NCBI GenBank assembly: GCA_051294905.1
Contig: CM119374.1
Location: 22,196,001 to 22,260,000, forward strand
Source: Botryllus schlosseri
Lineage: Eukaryota
Length of the DNA stretch: 64,000 bases
Direction: 5' to 3'
The notes under the pieces were generated by a model, which ran no database searches, had not been told where the DNA came from, and worked only from the letters and a program-made list of their open reading frames with translations. Position numbers and translations under genes: made by a program. Shown here in pieces: positions 23,610 to 36,329 of this stretch. Each line of letters opens with the position of its first letter. The first letter of the stretch is position 1.

Positions 23610-25793
23610 TCCATTACCGCTAAATTCCTTTTGAGGTCGAGATTAAAGGTTTGGGGGTTTTCTAAATCATATGCATCACAAACAGCATCAGTCATTTCCT
23701 ACGAAATGTCAATTATACATGCGCAATTGCGCATACAAATGCACTTGTGTTCTATGCAAAAGCGCGCGATTTTCTTTGTTACCAAAAAGAGACGTGAATT
23801 GTCGAACTCAAACACATACAATCAATCGGTATTTGACAATTCCACATTCAAATTCGTGTCTCTTATGACTTCAATTTGTGTTATGATGGACCGCGATGCA
23901 GGTCGTGGCTTGTGGTCGCGAGATGGTTACGTCACGTGCGATGCATTCTATCGATATATCGATGGGATATAGTTTGTTAGCGAAATTCTGATGTTGTTGC
24001 GGTACCGAAACGGTAGCGTCTGAGTCGATCGAAATGCTAAACTGAAGTGGCGTTGCGTGATTAGCCTCGAGTTAAATTTCTAACGGTGAAAGAAGCTGTG
24101 TTAGTCGTGTAATGTCTCACTCCAGAACCTCTGCTCAGTGCTGAACTTGGTGTAAATACGTGACTCGATTGTTAGTTTCAGAGTGCATCCCTACGGGTAT
24201 ATTATGGATAAAGGCATATCACGTTAAGTCATGTTCGATGGAATATTACGACAGAATGACGTCTTAGCGATTACGATCGTTTGTATTTTCTCCGCGTCTT
24301 AGCAGCGGTTTTAGTACAATTAGTTATTGTCAGAATGTATCACAGTCTCAGATCAGGAATTATCTCCGGGTTACAGAGATAGTCGGGATTCATCCCACGT
24401 TTGAATTTTCGGTATTATCTGGATCTTGCTGTTTACAATCGTGAGGTCTGGCGAATAGGCTTTGGAAAACTGTGTCTATCCATGTTGTCCATTGGTAACG
24501 CAAATGTGTGCGACAAGCCTCAAACGGCAAAGACACATAGTACTTATGGCAATATTGGGAATTCGACATCATATTCCAATAATAGCAAGTAGGCTACAAT
24601 CATGTTCCAAATTTTGTCACAATTGCTGAATCTGACAATGCGTAATGATTTCTCGGTTTAATTACATTATGGATCCGAATTACGCAATGATCATCCCAAT
24701 TCGAGTGGTCACAAACGGACTATTCCTATAAATGCGGTTGTGAAAGCTAATTAGATACTTCACATCGCCACTTTTAAGAATGCGAAATAAAGGAATCGCT
24801 GGCATACTTTGATAGATTATACATCGAATGCATTTCGAAGAAATTTCTCAGGCAATCAATTTATCCTCGTCAACGACCATTTGGAAGCACGTGAAGCGTA
24901 ATATCTCCCGTTTAAAGTTTTATGCTTGTCTCAATCTTTTCCATGACGCAAGTTCATCTGTAAGTCATTGATCAGTGTATATATGCCCGCATAATAGTAT
25001 TTAACAGAGAATCTTGGGATTCAGGAATTTTACTCGCGAGATTATACTGTGCGATGTGCGTGTTCGGCGTAGATATAGATGATGCGATTCGTATAAGTTT
25101 AACACAGAAATCAGACTGGAAGTCTGGAACCGATTTTCAAGTTGTCACGAAATATCAGCATGACTCATTACAATATATAATAATGCATGCCAGATCCGTA
25201 ATCAGAATGCAATGTTTGTATCACGAGATTGGTATACTATGTCGTCAGACACTTGTATGAATGATATCCGTAATATCGTTTCACGAAGGCAGGGATATGG
25301 TTCTAGAGATAGCCAGCTAAGTCAGAGAAGTCAGTTGGTCCTTGGTAGCATGCGGAAAGTTTCAAATACATATTCCACGAGTGCATCCGAAACTTCTACG
25401 TGATGCTGACAACATTCCCGTCCTTCTTGCTGACAGTGTTTGACTTGATTATTATAAATGTTAGAATGGAGTGGAGGCATTCGAAGATTTAATGTCGATT
25501 CCATGTGTACGAAGTCTCACCAGCAGACGCGTAAGCGTTCGTACCTTCGAGACTCATTATATTGAAAGACATTGTTTGCTGGATAAAAACAGTTCTTCGG
25601 GAATGCCATGCTACTGTAGGATTTCCTTCGATTAATTGATCAATTTCAACAGGATTGTAATGAATTGACCACATTAATTCGGATGGCGCTTAGTGCACGA
25701 TTGACCGAAGGCCGAATGGTTCGGTGAAAAATAATAACGGCGATGTTTATTGCGTAGCTCCTTCTGCTCGTTACATGAAGTCACAACTAAAAC

Positions 25794-26803
25794 TAGGGAT
25801 GGTGCGAACCTCTGAAAGGTTCAGGTTCGTGTGAACGCGAACCTTTTTGAAAGGTTCTGTGTGAACACGAACGTGAACCTCATGACGTCACGTGACGTCA
25901 TATTGCTAATTCCAATCCTATCTTTCAGTGAAGTGATAGCCTATATCAATGTACAAGTACACTTGTACAGTGTGCGATACCTAGCGACGACTCGGGCCAC
26001 ATAATGCCACAATGCTGAGGTACATATTGGAGTTTTAAACGTCGCTAAATGTATCAACTGAGACAATCAAATGATATAATAATCCCATAAAATCAATATT
26101 TTCCGTCGCTTAGCCAACAATTTCGACGACGGCTTACAAGGGAATAAAAGCTTACGCCTTAACGGTCTAGCCCAGACCGGACAATGTATTGGGCGTCTGA
26201 GTATTGCTACATTGATATCAAGCAGAGTGTAAAACAGGTTTCTATACTTGCTACCGATTTTACTCCATTAACAAGTTATACAGCAGTAGCCAACACCTCA
26301 ACCACGGATTTGGATTTAATGATACAGTGAACCTATGCAGTCAAGTTTGACCCCGAACTTCTGCTAGATTTTTTACATCAGAAAACGATATTAATCTCAT
26401 TGATTGGTGGAGTAAGCATCATTGCTGACTACGCATTTCGCTCGTGATGTTGTGTGATTGCGGGTCAAGCTCACAGCAGAGAGTCACTAAATGTTCACAA
26501 AGGGTAATAAAGCTGGATATTTCGAGCAAACATTTGTAACAAAGCAAGTAAAACTTTTGAGATTGTCAAGGTGCATGGTCGTTTACTGTTTATTTTTATA
26601 CTGCCAGCGCCATGCATAGAGTGGCCCGCAGTTGAAATGCAATAAATTTGAACGAAAGATGTCATAATGAAGTGAAAATTGTAATATACGCGAAAGGTTC
26701 ACAGTGCAGAACCTACCAAGGTTCTGTTGTGAACGTGAACCTCTAAATTTCCGAGGTTCACACACAGAACGCGAACGTGAACCTCGCGTTCACACCATCC
26801 CTA
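25794..26803. mobile_element. hAT-type MITE (GTGAAC-array family), uninterrupted 1010-bp copy
   Basis: TIRs TAGGGATGGTG / CACCATCCCTA; exact TSD ACTAAAAC (25786-25793, 26804-26811). Confidence 0.92.
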
Positions 26804-27586
26804 ACTAAAACACATCAGCAAGTTTGTGTTGCCAAGGTCATTTGTTCGCTTACTATTTTGCCTGTTCACGAACTCAATGCACTGCTACATACTGCTTACC
26901 AAAAGTGAAAATAAAATATATTCGTATATACTCATTGAATTTTTAAGGCAATTTAAACTACCACATAATGGTTATCAAAATCCCGATTTAGTACTTGATG
27001 CTGCTACTATACTGGAGTAGACGAAATGGTACTACTTTCTACTCGTCTAGAAGTAGCGAGATTCTAGGCATGACAGATATAATTGAAGTAGATGTTAAAC
27101 ATGAACGCTTTATCGAGTTTTGATAAAAATAATGATTAGTGAGAGCCAAACGTTATTGAATTAGTTTCGCCGAACTGGTCTGGACAACATACTCTTAAGT
27201 CTAGGGCCATTATTATTATTATTAATCATCCACCTATCGCAGCATGGTATATTGTATGTGACTGTCTTGAAGCTGACAGTAACTATGGGCTGATCTGAGA
27301 ATGTTTGCGAATTCTAAATGTCTATAGGGGAAACTGACCATCTATACATAAACCTTGAGCACGATATATATTTTCCAAGTGTCCGGGGCTATTAATCATA
27401 AATACCGCACGCAAATTTAGACACCAACACCCCGGACATGACCGAGGTAAGCTGGCTGTATGACAGTTTTATTGTAATCTCGCCCATACTCCGGTTTCAT
27501 TCTTCGTGCGTTCTGTCGAAACTCTACTGAAATTTATTAACTTATTTTGCAGCGCAGTTCCGAGAAATTGTAATCTGATAGTACAC

Positions 27587-30500
27587 ATGGTAATGCTTAC
27601 AAATGCGTTGCTTTTGATCAGTATCTGTGTTACGCTGGGTGCGGTAATCACAAGCAGCACGGATGCAAAACTGCTCCATAATACGACCGCCCTTCGCGAT
27701 GTGGCAACTATGCCCGGAAATATGTCGTCGTCAGTGTTTATGACGCCACAGAGGGATAAGTTCAGTAGATTGTTCTGCTACAAAAGCAGTGAACCAGAGC
27801 CTGAATACAGAAATAGATGCTGCGCATCTGAGGTGTACCGATTTCGTTTATCTTGGCAACATGGCGGTTATTTCCTCACGACGTTGCTCGAAAGGTTGCA
27901 GCGATGGAACTGTGATGAATTTCGACAGGAATGCAACACACCGTCATACAATTTCACCGCGTTTAATAGTGTTGTGTATGAACGGTTTTGCTTTCCCGAT
28001 TCAATGCACCGTCAATGCAAAGGCAAGGTTTTGACACTAGCTCAGAATCATCGGTTTCCGAATACCACTGGCGAATGGACCGATGTGATTGAACATATTA
28101 ATCCCGAATATTTATCCGGAGATGAATTGAAAGATCCTTGTATTTCGGTCGCACTCTTTGATCGATCATCGGGAGGCGTTGGAAGATTTCAGGAAATTGT
28201 GGAAGTTTATCTGCCATTTTGTGGACTTCAATGGAATGGATATGACACCACTGTATCGATGAGAAGTGGAGTTTCGGTCTGGACTGGTCTATCGTTCGGG
28301 TACGGTTTTAGACAAAAGTATAATATAGATAATATATTACTGCAATCTTCCATATTTATGACCTTCTTAAACTTTTAAAGGCGCACCCTACGTTAGTAAC
28401 AGATTTCGCCCCAACCCCTTATGGTCACTATAAAAAAAATCATCGCAAATGGCAGCTATAGGGTGTGTGCAATAAAAGTGTATAATTTCATGAGGAATCA
28501 AGGGTGTGCAGCGCAGTGTGCATTGTGCAGTAGGGGAATTCGTAAAAGAATCCCAGCACATAAATTATGGCTCAATTCTAACGAGTATAGCCGCGGTTCA
28601 ACATGACATTGTAATTTCGACCTTTTTTCAAAATAATAGTATTTACGGTGACCAATTTTGTCATTTCTCATGGCCAAACATCGTGTTCCAGGCATCCTGG
28701 AATGGTTACTGATGTATACTGTACAGCACATACATAACATACATGGATAGCTGGTTCGTGGTACAGAACTTGAGTATAGCTTTCAATACAACATCCATTG
28801 TAAAAGAATATTTATTGAACCCGAATACTTTTCGGGTGCCTCATTTCAAGAGTTAGCGGCACACTGAAGGGATTTAAACAGATCTGACTGCAAAAACCAA
28901 AAAGGCAAAGTATGACGCAACAATCAAAATCACAGACCACGAAATTCGCATTGTACCAATGGCAACAATAAGAAACTAGAAGTATACGAACATACGGTAC
29001 TATGGTTGCCAGTAAATTCGGCCACCGGTAAATTCGGCCATCGGTCACTTCGGCCCTCGGTAAATTCGGCCAGGGCCGGGGTAACAATAACATTACCTAA
29101 CCCTAATCCTAACCCTAATCCTATATAACCCCTAACCTCCAAATCACTTGATAATAATATAATTATGTAATTAATTCGCATTAATAGTTGGTAATACATT
29201 TTTACACAAAATTCTCCGAGGGCCGAATTTACCGATTAAATTGGTCCTCGGTAAATTCGGCCCCGTAAATATCCGCGTTATCTGCGGTGACTGCGTGATA
29301 TACGCACACCCTGTCCTCCAAATCACTTGATAATGATATTATTATGTCATTAATTCACATTAATAGTTGGTAATACGTTTTTATACAAAATTCTCCGAGG
29401 GCCGAATTTACCAAGTAAATTCGGCCATCGGTAAATTCGGCCCCGTGAATATCCGCGCGATCTCCCGCGATTACGCGATCTACGCATACCCTGACCTCCA
29501 AATCACTTGATAATAGTATAATTATGTGATCAATTCATGTTAACGGTTGGTAATACATCTTAATACAATATTCTCGGAAGGCCGAATTTACCGAGGGCCG
29601 AAGTTACCTACGGCCGAATTTACCGGTGGCCGAATTTACTGGCAACCCGGTACTATAGTAGCGACGCAATTTGTAAATAAACAGTTACACTCACGAAAGA
29701 ACACGCACTAATGAGAAATTTGTAGGTTATAGAGGAAATCTTTTTGTCTGCATAAAATAGGTTTGTTCAACTGAATAAAAGTAGACTCCAACACTTTTAA
29801 ATGAAACAAAGATCTGCCACGCGCAATGACAGTGAACATATTGTCATTATAGTGATGTGCACAGTAGGGTGGAGTGAAAATGACTTTTTTTTTCAAATCA
29901 AAAAAGGCCTTCCTCAATCCTGACAAATGACCTAAAACTTCAATGAAAAGTGACTTCAGGGTGTTGCCCCCATTTTCCAGCCGGCAACCCCCCAATTTCT
30001 GCGTGTGGGGGTGTAAAATGGCCATCTCGGCAACCGCTGCTCGTAGAGTCATGATATATAGCTCAAAATCTGCGGAAGCATCATGTTTCTATCTGTCTTC
30101 TGAAGAAAGTTTTCTCTATTGTGAACACAAAATGAGTTATAGCCAAAAAACTATATATACGCACATTTTTGTTGAAATTCAGCATTTATTCTGACGAATT
30201 GTGATCTGTCATTAGTTTTTTTTTTAAAGTAAAGTAACACACTGGCAATACCGAATATTGGGCCCATATTACAAATATATTCACAACACAGTCCTTTTAA
30301 AATCGGTTCAAAACATCATAATGAAACATTCACATTGAACGTCTTATATTAAAAATGCATTCTTTTGTCAAGTTTTTTCATCAGTTTACGAGACTTAATT
30401 TTTCGGCGAATGAGGCCATCTCGTCTTTGAAATCCCGAAACGTGCCCTGATGCTTCTGTTACGAGCTTTACATGATGTTCCATGCACTGTTTGATTGCGG

Positions 30501-33500
30501 CATGGATGAAACAAAACCAGAGGCTTCTCGCGGCATTCTTCTAACTCTGCATCAGTTAAGTGCTCAATCGCCGGAGAAAGTTGTTGATATAAGGTTCAAT
30601 ATCAACCAACTCGTGGTATACCTTTGCTTCCAAGTTCAACTTTGAGACGCAGAATAAACGAACAGGACCGCAGTTCAATTGGTTGGAACCGCTATGACTC
30701 TCAATGTCCAGGAGTGAATTTTATTCAGCGGCATGTTTTCGAATCGCCAGCACCTTGGTCACACCCAATTGAAAAAAACTACGTGGAAGTGTATCTTGTT
30801 GGCCAGTTACTCAATTCAAAAAGCTCTCGCCACCACTTATGGCCTTTCAAAAGCTCCCATAGGAAATTGTTAGTGACTTAAGTAAGGACCAGTTATATGC
30901 TTATAAATGTGCTGGGCAATTATTCAAGGAAATGCTGATGATGATCTGGCTTACTTGGAGGTTGGACCACCGGTTGCGCATTCAAGATGGCAAACTTTAG
31001 GATGCAGTGCAGAGTTTTACGGTATTATGTAACAGTTAATGAACCGCATTTAAACCTGGAGATTCTGGTTCGTTTTTGCCTTGAAGTATATTTTCCAACT
31101 TGGTTTGAGATCAAGGGAAACAAACATATAACACATGGACCCAGAAACATCTTCAACTTGATTAAACAGGTTTTGAATTTCTCTGACCGAAACGTTCGAA
31201 AAATTGCTCCGAATGTGGTGATAAGAAACGGTTATTCCGCACACCCCGAAAATATTATGATTGCAATGCTGGTAGATGATAATGAAGACATACGAAATAA
31301 GGGTGTGACCAAGGTGCTTGCGTTTCGAAAACATGCCGCTGAATAAAATTCACTTGTGGACATTGAAAGTCATAGCAGTTCCAACCAATTGAACTGGGGT
31401 CCTATTCGTTTATTCTGTGTCCAAAAACCAAGGCATACCACGAATTGGTTGATATTGAACCTTATCAACAACTTCCTCCAACGATTGAGCACTTAACTGA
31501 TGCAGAGTTAGAAGAATGCCGCGAGAAGCCTCTGATTTTGTTTCATCCATGCAACAATCAAACAGTGGAACGACATGTAAAGCTCGTAACAGAAGCATCA
31601 GCACTAGTTTCGGGATTTCAAAGACGAGATGGCCTCATTCGCCGAAAAATTGAGTCTCGTAAACTGATGAAAAAACTTGACAAAAGAATGCATTTTTAAT
31701 AAAAGTCGTTAAATGTGAGTGTTTCATTATGATGTTTTGAACCGATTTTAAAAGAACTGTGTTGTGAATATATTTGTAATATGGGCCCAATATTCGGTAT
31801 TGCCACTGTGTTACTTTACTTTAAAAAAAACTAATGACAGATCACAATTCGTCAGAATAAATGCTGAATTTCAACAAAAATGTGCGTATATATAGTTTTT
31901 TGGCTATAACTCATTTTGTGTTCACAATAGAGAAAACTTTCTTCAGAAGACAGATAGAAACATGATGCTTCCGCAAATTTTGAGCTATATATCATGACTC
32001 TACGAGCAGCGGTTGCCGAGATGGGCCATTTTACCCCCCCCACACGCAGAAATTGGGGGGTTGCCGGCTGGAAAATGGGGGCAACACCCTGAAGTCACTT
32101 TTAATTGAAGTTTTAGGTCATTTGTCAGGATTGAGGAAGGCCTTTTTTGATTTGAAAAAAAAAGTCATTTTCACTCCACCCTAGTGCACAGGCGAGGTTT
32201 TCACTCAGATGCTGACCAATTGACGAAGCATATGCTTGGTAATCGTCATAGCAGTCTGTTTTGGCAGCCAATTTGCACTGACGTGCGAGCTCCGTGCGAT
32301 CACTTGCGCAAGTTTTTGACCGAATCAATTTGGGGATATGCTGCTTAATACGCTCAAACAATCTTTGAGGTGTACGTCCTACATACCTACTATCACAGTG
32401 GCACTTGTATTGGTAGACAACATTACTTGCATTAAAAGTAGGAAGTACATCTTTTCGAGAGTTCATGTTCATGAATATCTAAATTTGAATCTTTTTTCAA
32501 CAACAATCATATCACCGATTTTCATATTTATTGTTCACAAATACAGCGCGAAAAGAGAGGTTTTAGTGAACACCTAGAAGTTTCAGTACAGCTCCAACAC
32601 ATTCAGCTTTCAAGTACGCAACATTACCCTCTGAAGGCTTTGCGCCTCCGTTTATGCACCATTGACCGGTATGGTTATTGATGCTGTTCTAAATTAGGTG
32701 TCATATCTTTTACATGGTCTGGAAATCAGTCTTCATTTTCGATATAGAGGATGTTCGCGGAACAAAAGATCGGAGAACATAGGCTTATCCAATTTAAGGA
32801 ATCCATACTAATTTCAATACATATTTCCACTTCATTGAGTCATTCAGCATAAATTCTTGCCAGAAGCAATTTATGTGGATTATAATTACCGCTATCGTTA
32901 GACAGTTTGTAACGGTCTTGGTGGTACTTCCTCGTAACGTATCAATCATGAGCTTTAGTCCACAATCGATTTCAGCTGTGAATGCTTTACAAATATGCGT
33001 ATAACGTAAGTTTTCGACTCCACCATGAATTGCACTCAATGCGCCGTTACGCATATGTCGCATACGCGTGTCTTCACGTTAAATTTGACAACAATCTTTC
33101 TTTCGATGCGTATTAACTCATCAACAAATGGCATGCTTTTGGCAGGCAATCGGTGTCGGTTACTTTCGCAATGCAGGATGCATCTCCGCGACTAACGCAA
33201 AAGAATTAGGTAAACTAAAACTAAGGTACAATCTCAGAAAATATATTCAGCAGTTACTGTGATGGCTATTTCTTATAACAATTGCACACAAAATAGTGAT
33301 GCCGAAACTATATACGTTCACTTTTCAAATTCCAAAGCGCAAAAAGTAAGTAGATTCACCCAGTACATTGTTCAAGTAGAGGTTAAGGCAGTCTAAAACA
33401 TACCCAATTGAGTAAGCAGGCAAATCCTACTTGAGTAGTTTGATAATGAGCATCTCTGCCTTGAAACGTGATTTATGTTGAAAACTGAAACCAGAAATGC

Positions 33501-35375
33501 TAGTTTTAACCTGATGCGCACTGCCTGTGGAACTGATGTCGGGAATTACCGTGTTTGTCACTAGTCGTGAGTCACAATACCATGCACAATTGCACATACC
33601 AATCGCGGCTATCACGACAAGCTTCTCTGATTGCATGCCGTAACGACTTAATACGCTTCACGGGCAGGTGAAATTGGATTATGAATTCGTTTCGTTTGGA
33701 AACTTGAACTCGAATAATTATTCTTATGTACGATTAGCAAATAAGATGATCGTATAGTTGTCCTCGGGTATGGGCTATCGCTATATTACGTGGACATCTT
33801 GGATGTTCCCTGACGACACGACCCGGTATAGACATTATAGGCTGGTCGCCAATACCGGGCTACATGATCTAGTCGTGCAGATTATATACATTGGTGGATC
33901 ATTATCAATTATGTTTTGTCAAATGGATCGATAGGTTTCACATTGTACGGTAGTGTAGTAGTATATTGTGCCTACATGGCCCTACCAAGTTGTCTTGGCG
34001 AGTTATATGTCGGTATCACAAAACATATCATCCCAGCATCACAACATAATCGTGATACGGACCAGCCCATTAGAAAGGCAAGACGAATTGTCCACCCCCG
34101 GCATAAGTGGCGAACGGATTGTCACATCGCGAGAGCTATTCTATGTGTCAATTTCTTTTATTGTACAGCCACTTTGTGTTAGTGTGTCCTATCAGTAGAA
34201 AAAGGTTGACAACCACTAGATTTGACATTTTCCATTTTTTTTAACTCTTCAGATGCAGGGGAGCTCTCATTTTCTTCATGGTGCTAATGGGGTTGCTCGG
34301 AATCGCAACAGTTGTCGCTAACGGAACGATACTCGCCGTGTTCGCATCGAACAAAAAGCTGCGAAACAGTCAAGCCATATTTCAAATGTCCTTAGCTGTC
34401 GCGGACCTCATCGTTGGACTATTGGTGTGGCCTAATATGATTGTAATGCAGTGTCTGTTGTTTTTATACCCACGGAATATGGGAGACGTTGTAACAGAGG
34501 AAAGACTGACGGTAAAAGGTATTCGAACGTATTTTCCGAACTTCGGTACAGACAAACTGGAGAGAAGATATCCAGCTCTTAACTCGGCCCAATTTAATCA
34601 CGATTACAGGATGTTTTTAGGGTTTATTATGCTTCTGTCTATTCTGGTATCCATCATGACACTTATGGCTGCTAGTTTTGACCGCCTCTACGCTATTTCT
34701 TTCCCACTCCGACACCGAAGGAAAAACCCTAAAACAACAGCCATTAAGGTCTGTGTCGCAGTATGGTTACTATGTATTTTCTTCTGCATACTCCCTATCG
34801 TTATCCCGGCATTGGAATACAACACAATATCATCTATATTCGCATCGGCGGATGGTACTTATGGCACAACACTGGCATTGGTAGCTCTTATCGTTCCGAT
34901 GGTGATGACATGGGTGGTTTCGGGAGCAACTTACGAAACATCGCGACGCCACGGTCTGCGCACGAAGAGCATGTTTGCAACGGCAAAGACTAATTCCTCT
35001 AAAAACGAAAGAAGACTAGCTAAAACCTTATGTCTCATGGTTGGAGTGTTCACGATCAGTGTTCTACCGGCCATCATATGCGTGGTCTGCGGAGCTTTTT
35101 TCATCAGGACTGAGTGGGCGAACCCTGCTTCTATCGATCTTGCTGCAATGAATGCGTATTCGTCAGTTGAGTATATTGCGGTTATAGTACTGACTATGAA
35201 TAGTTTGTGGAATTGCCTGATCTACAGCCTGAGAAATATGGGGTTCCGAAAAGCAGCCAGGAACATTTTCTCCCGAGAAGACTCTCGTAGAAACAGTTCC
35301 CACGGCACAACGAGGCTTCACACCACCAGCACTACTGTTACTTCTAAGCGGGTTACGCAGAGTATACCTAAATGA
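27587..35375 (+). CDS. Class A-like GPCR with N-terminal 10-Cys ectodomain, paralog A (2 coding exons, 611 aa by my model)
   Basis: Exon 1, 27587-28299: signal peptide MVMLTNALLLISICVTLGAVITS, stalk, Cys-rich domain. Phase-2 intron 28300-34252 (GG|gtacgg ... ttcag|A). Exon 2, 34253-35375: seven hydrophobic segments with N1.50 (VANG), LAVAD, SFDRL, SVLP and NSLWNCLIY. The same junction is found in paralogs B and C. Confidence 0.85.
29004..29647. mobile_element. Foldback-type non-autonomous DNA transposon with 9-bp TSD (Mutator/Merlin-like), in GPCR-A intron
   Basis: ~70-bp TIRs starting GGTTGCCAGTAAATTCGGCC; exact 9-bp TSD CGGTACTAT (28995-29003, 29648-29656); three internal ~180-bp tandem units starting at 29136, 29315 and 29495; (CCTAAC/CCTAAT)n at 29096-29123. 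The superfamily is inferred only from TSD length and the GG terminus. Confidence 0.8.
29708..32472 (-). mobile_element. 5'-truncated Penelope-like retroelement fragment (GIY-YIG endonuclease end), split by the 29865-32183 insertion
   Basis: 32472-32184 reads NVVYQYKCHCDSRYVGRTPQRLFERIKQH...SSIGQHLSENLA. It resumes across the TSD at 29864-29708 as CAHHYNDNMFTVIARGRSLFHLKVLESTFIQLNKPILCRQKDFLYNL*, the typical Penelope GIY-YIG C-terminus. Confidence 0.85.
29865..32183 (+). mobile_element. Foldback hAT (hATm-like) derivative: ~900-bp inverted arms both containing the transposase 3' end, plus a 534-bp transposase spacer
   Basis: Termini TAGGGTGGAGTGAAAATGAC / GTCATTTTCACTCCACCCTA; exact TSD GTGCACAG (29857-29864, 32184-32191). 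Arms 29865-30766 and 31301-32183 are reverse complements. Frameshifted transposase pieces include DLSKDQLYAYK, GPPVAHSRW, EVYFPTWFEIK, RNGYSAHPENIMIAML and HPCNNQTVERHVKLVTEAS. The hATm label is from recalled family features. Confidence 0.88.
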
Positions 35376-35925
35376 AAACTTCTGCTGCTATGTCCGTCTC
35401 CCATAGTGTTGAGCCCGAGCATGTACTGTAGAAGCCCATTGCCCGCATATCCAGATAGATAGCCACTAAGTCGACGTATGTGGTTGTCCGGTTGAGTGGG
35501 TTTATGCATTGTTAACTGCTCAATTGCTTTTTGTATGCAATCTCTTCATTTATCGACCGCGTGTATTGTTAAATTATCCGGACAGTTTTTTTCATAAACG
35601 TCTTTAACTTGTGTCATGTGCATAGCATAAGTACCATTCGCATTTGTGATCACTGTAGGTATGTGGATGATAACTCCAAGACATATTTCCCTAGATATAC
35701 TGTTATAAGTGATAATACAAAGTCTAATGATTGCAATTGTCCGCCTATCTTACACCAGCGTCGTGTAGTTCCGTAACAGTGGACTTGATTGGGAAAGCTC
35801 GCACCAATACAGCTATTTTGTTATTGTTATAACAGATTACATCTACCAAGCCAGGATATTCAGTGTGGTTGTGTGGGTGTCTGGAATTAAATTTCACGAA
35901 ATATTACTGGGCTCTTTCAAAGTGG

Positions 35926-36329
35926 CAGAGATGAGCGGATTTGAAATTTCCTTGTCCTAATCCAATCCAAATCCGAACCTTCAAATCCTAATCCAAAACT
36001 TTTCCATATTCAAGTCCATGTCCAATCCTAATCCGATTCGAACTGGAAATTCAGAAAAAATACTAATTTATGCAATGGAGGGATTCGAAAATTTTCTTTC
36101 ACAACCAACGATTCACTTGATTCAAGATAACGTAGTAACCATAAGTACAATAATAACTGATCTGAATAAAGTTTGTCGCCATTCGCCACACGACATTTCT
36201 ATCTCCCAGGAAATAGGTAAATCCAATCCAAATCCTAATCCGTTCTGAAAAAAATGTCTAATCCAAATCCGACAAAATTTCACAAATCCTGTTTTTTCAA
36301 AACCTAATCCTAATCCATGCTCATCTCTG
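35926..36329. mobile_element. hAT-type MITE (AATCC-array family)
   Basis: TIRs CAGAGATGAGC / GCTCATCTCTG; TSD CAAAGTGG / GAAAGTGG (7/8); arrays of AATCC motifs. Confidence 0.85.

Noticed and set aside
28300-28378. Secreted ectodomain isoforms from exon-1 read-through (also 56071-56131 and 62384-62447)
   Set aside because: Read-through lengths of ~20-26 codons are unconserved and about what chance gives; no sequence evidence for intron retention. Only RNA-seq could revive it.
29708-30052. 114-aa minus-strand ORF as a gene
   Set aside because: Chimera of the hAT terminal repeat and the 3' end of the Penelope GIY-YIG frame across the insertion junction.
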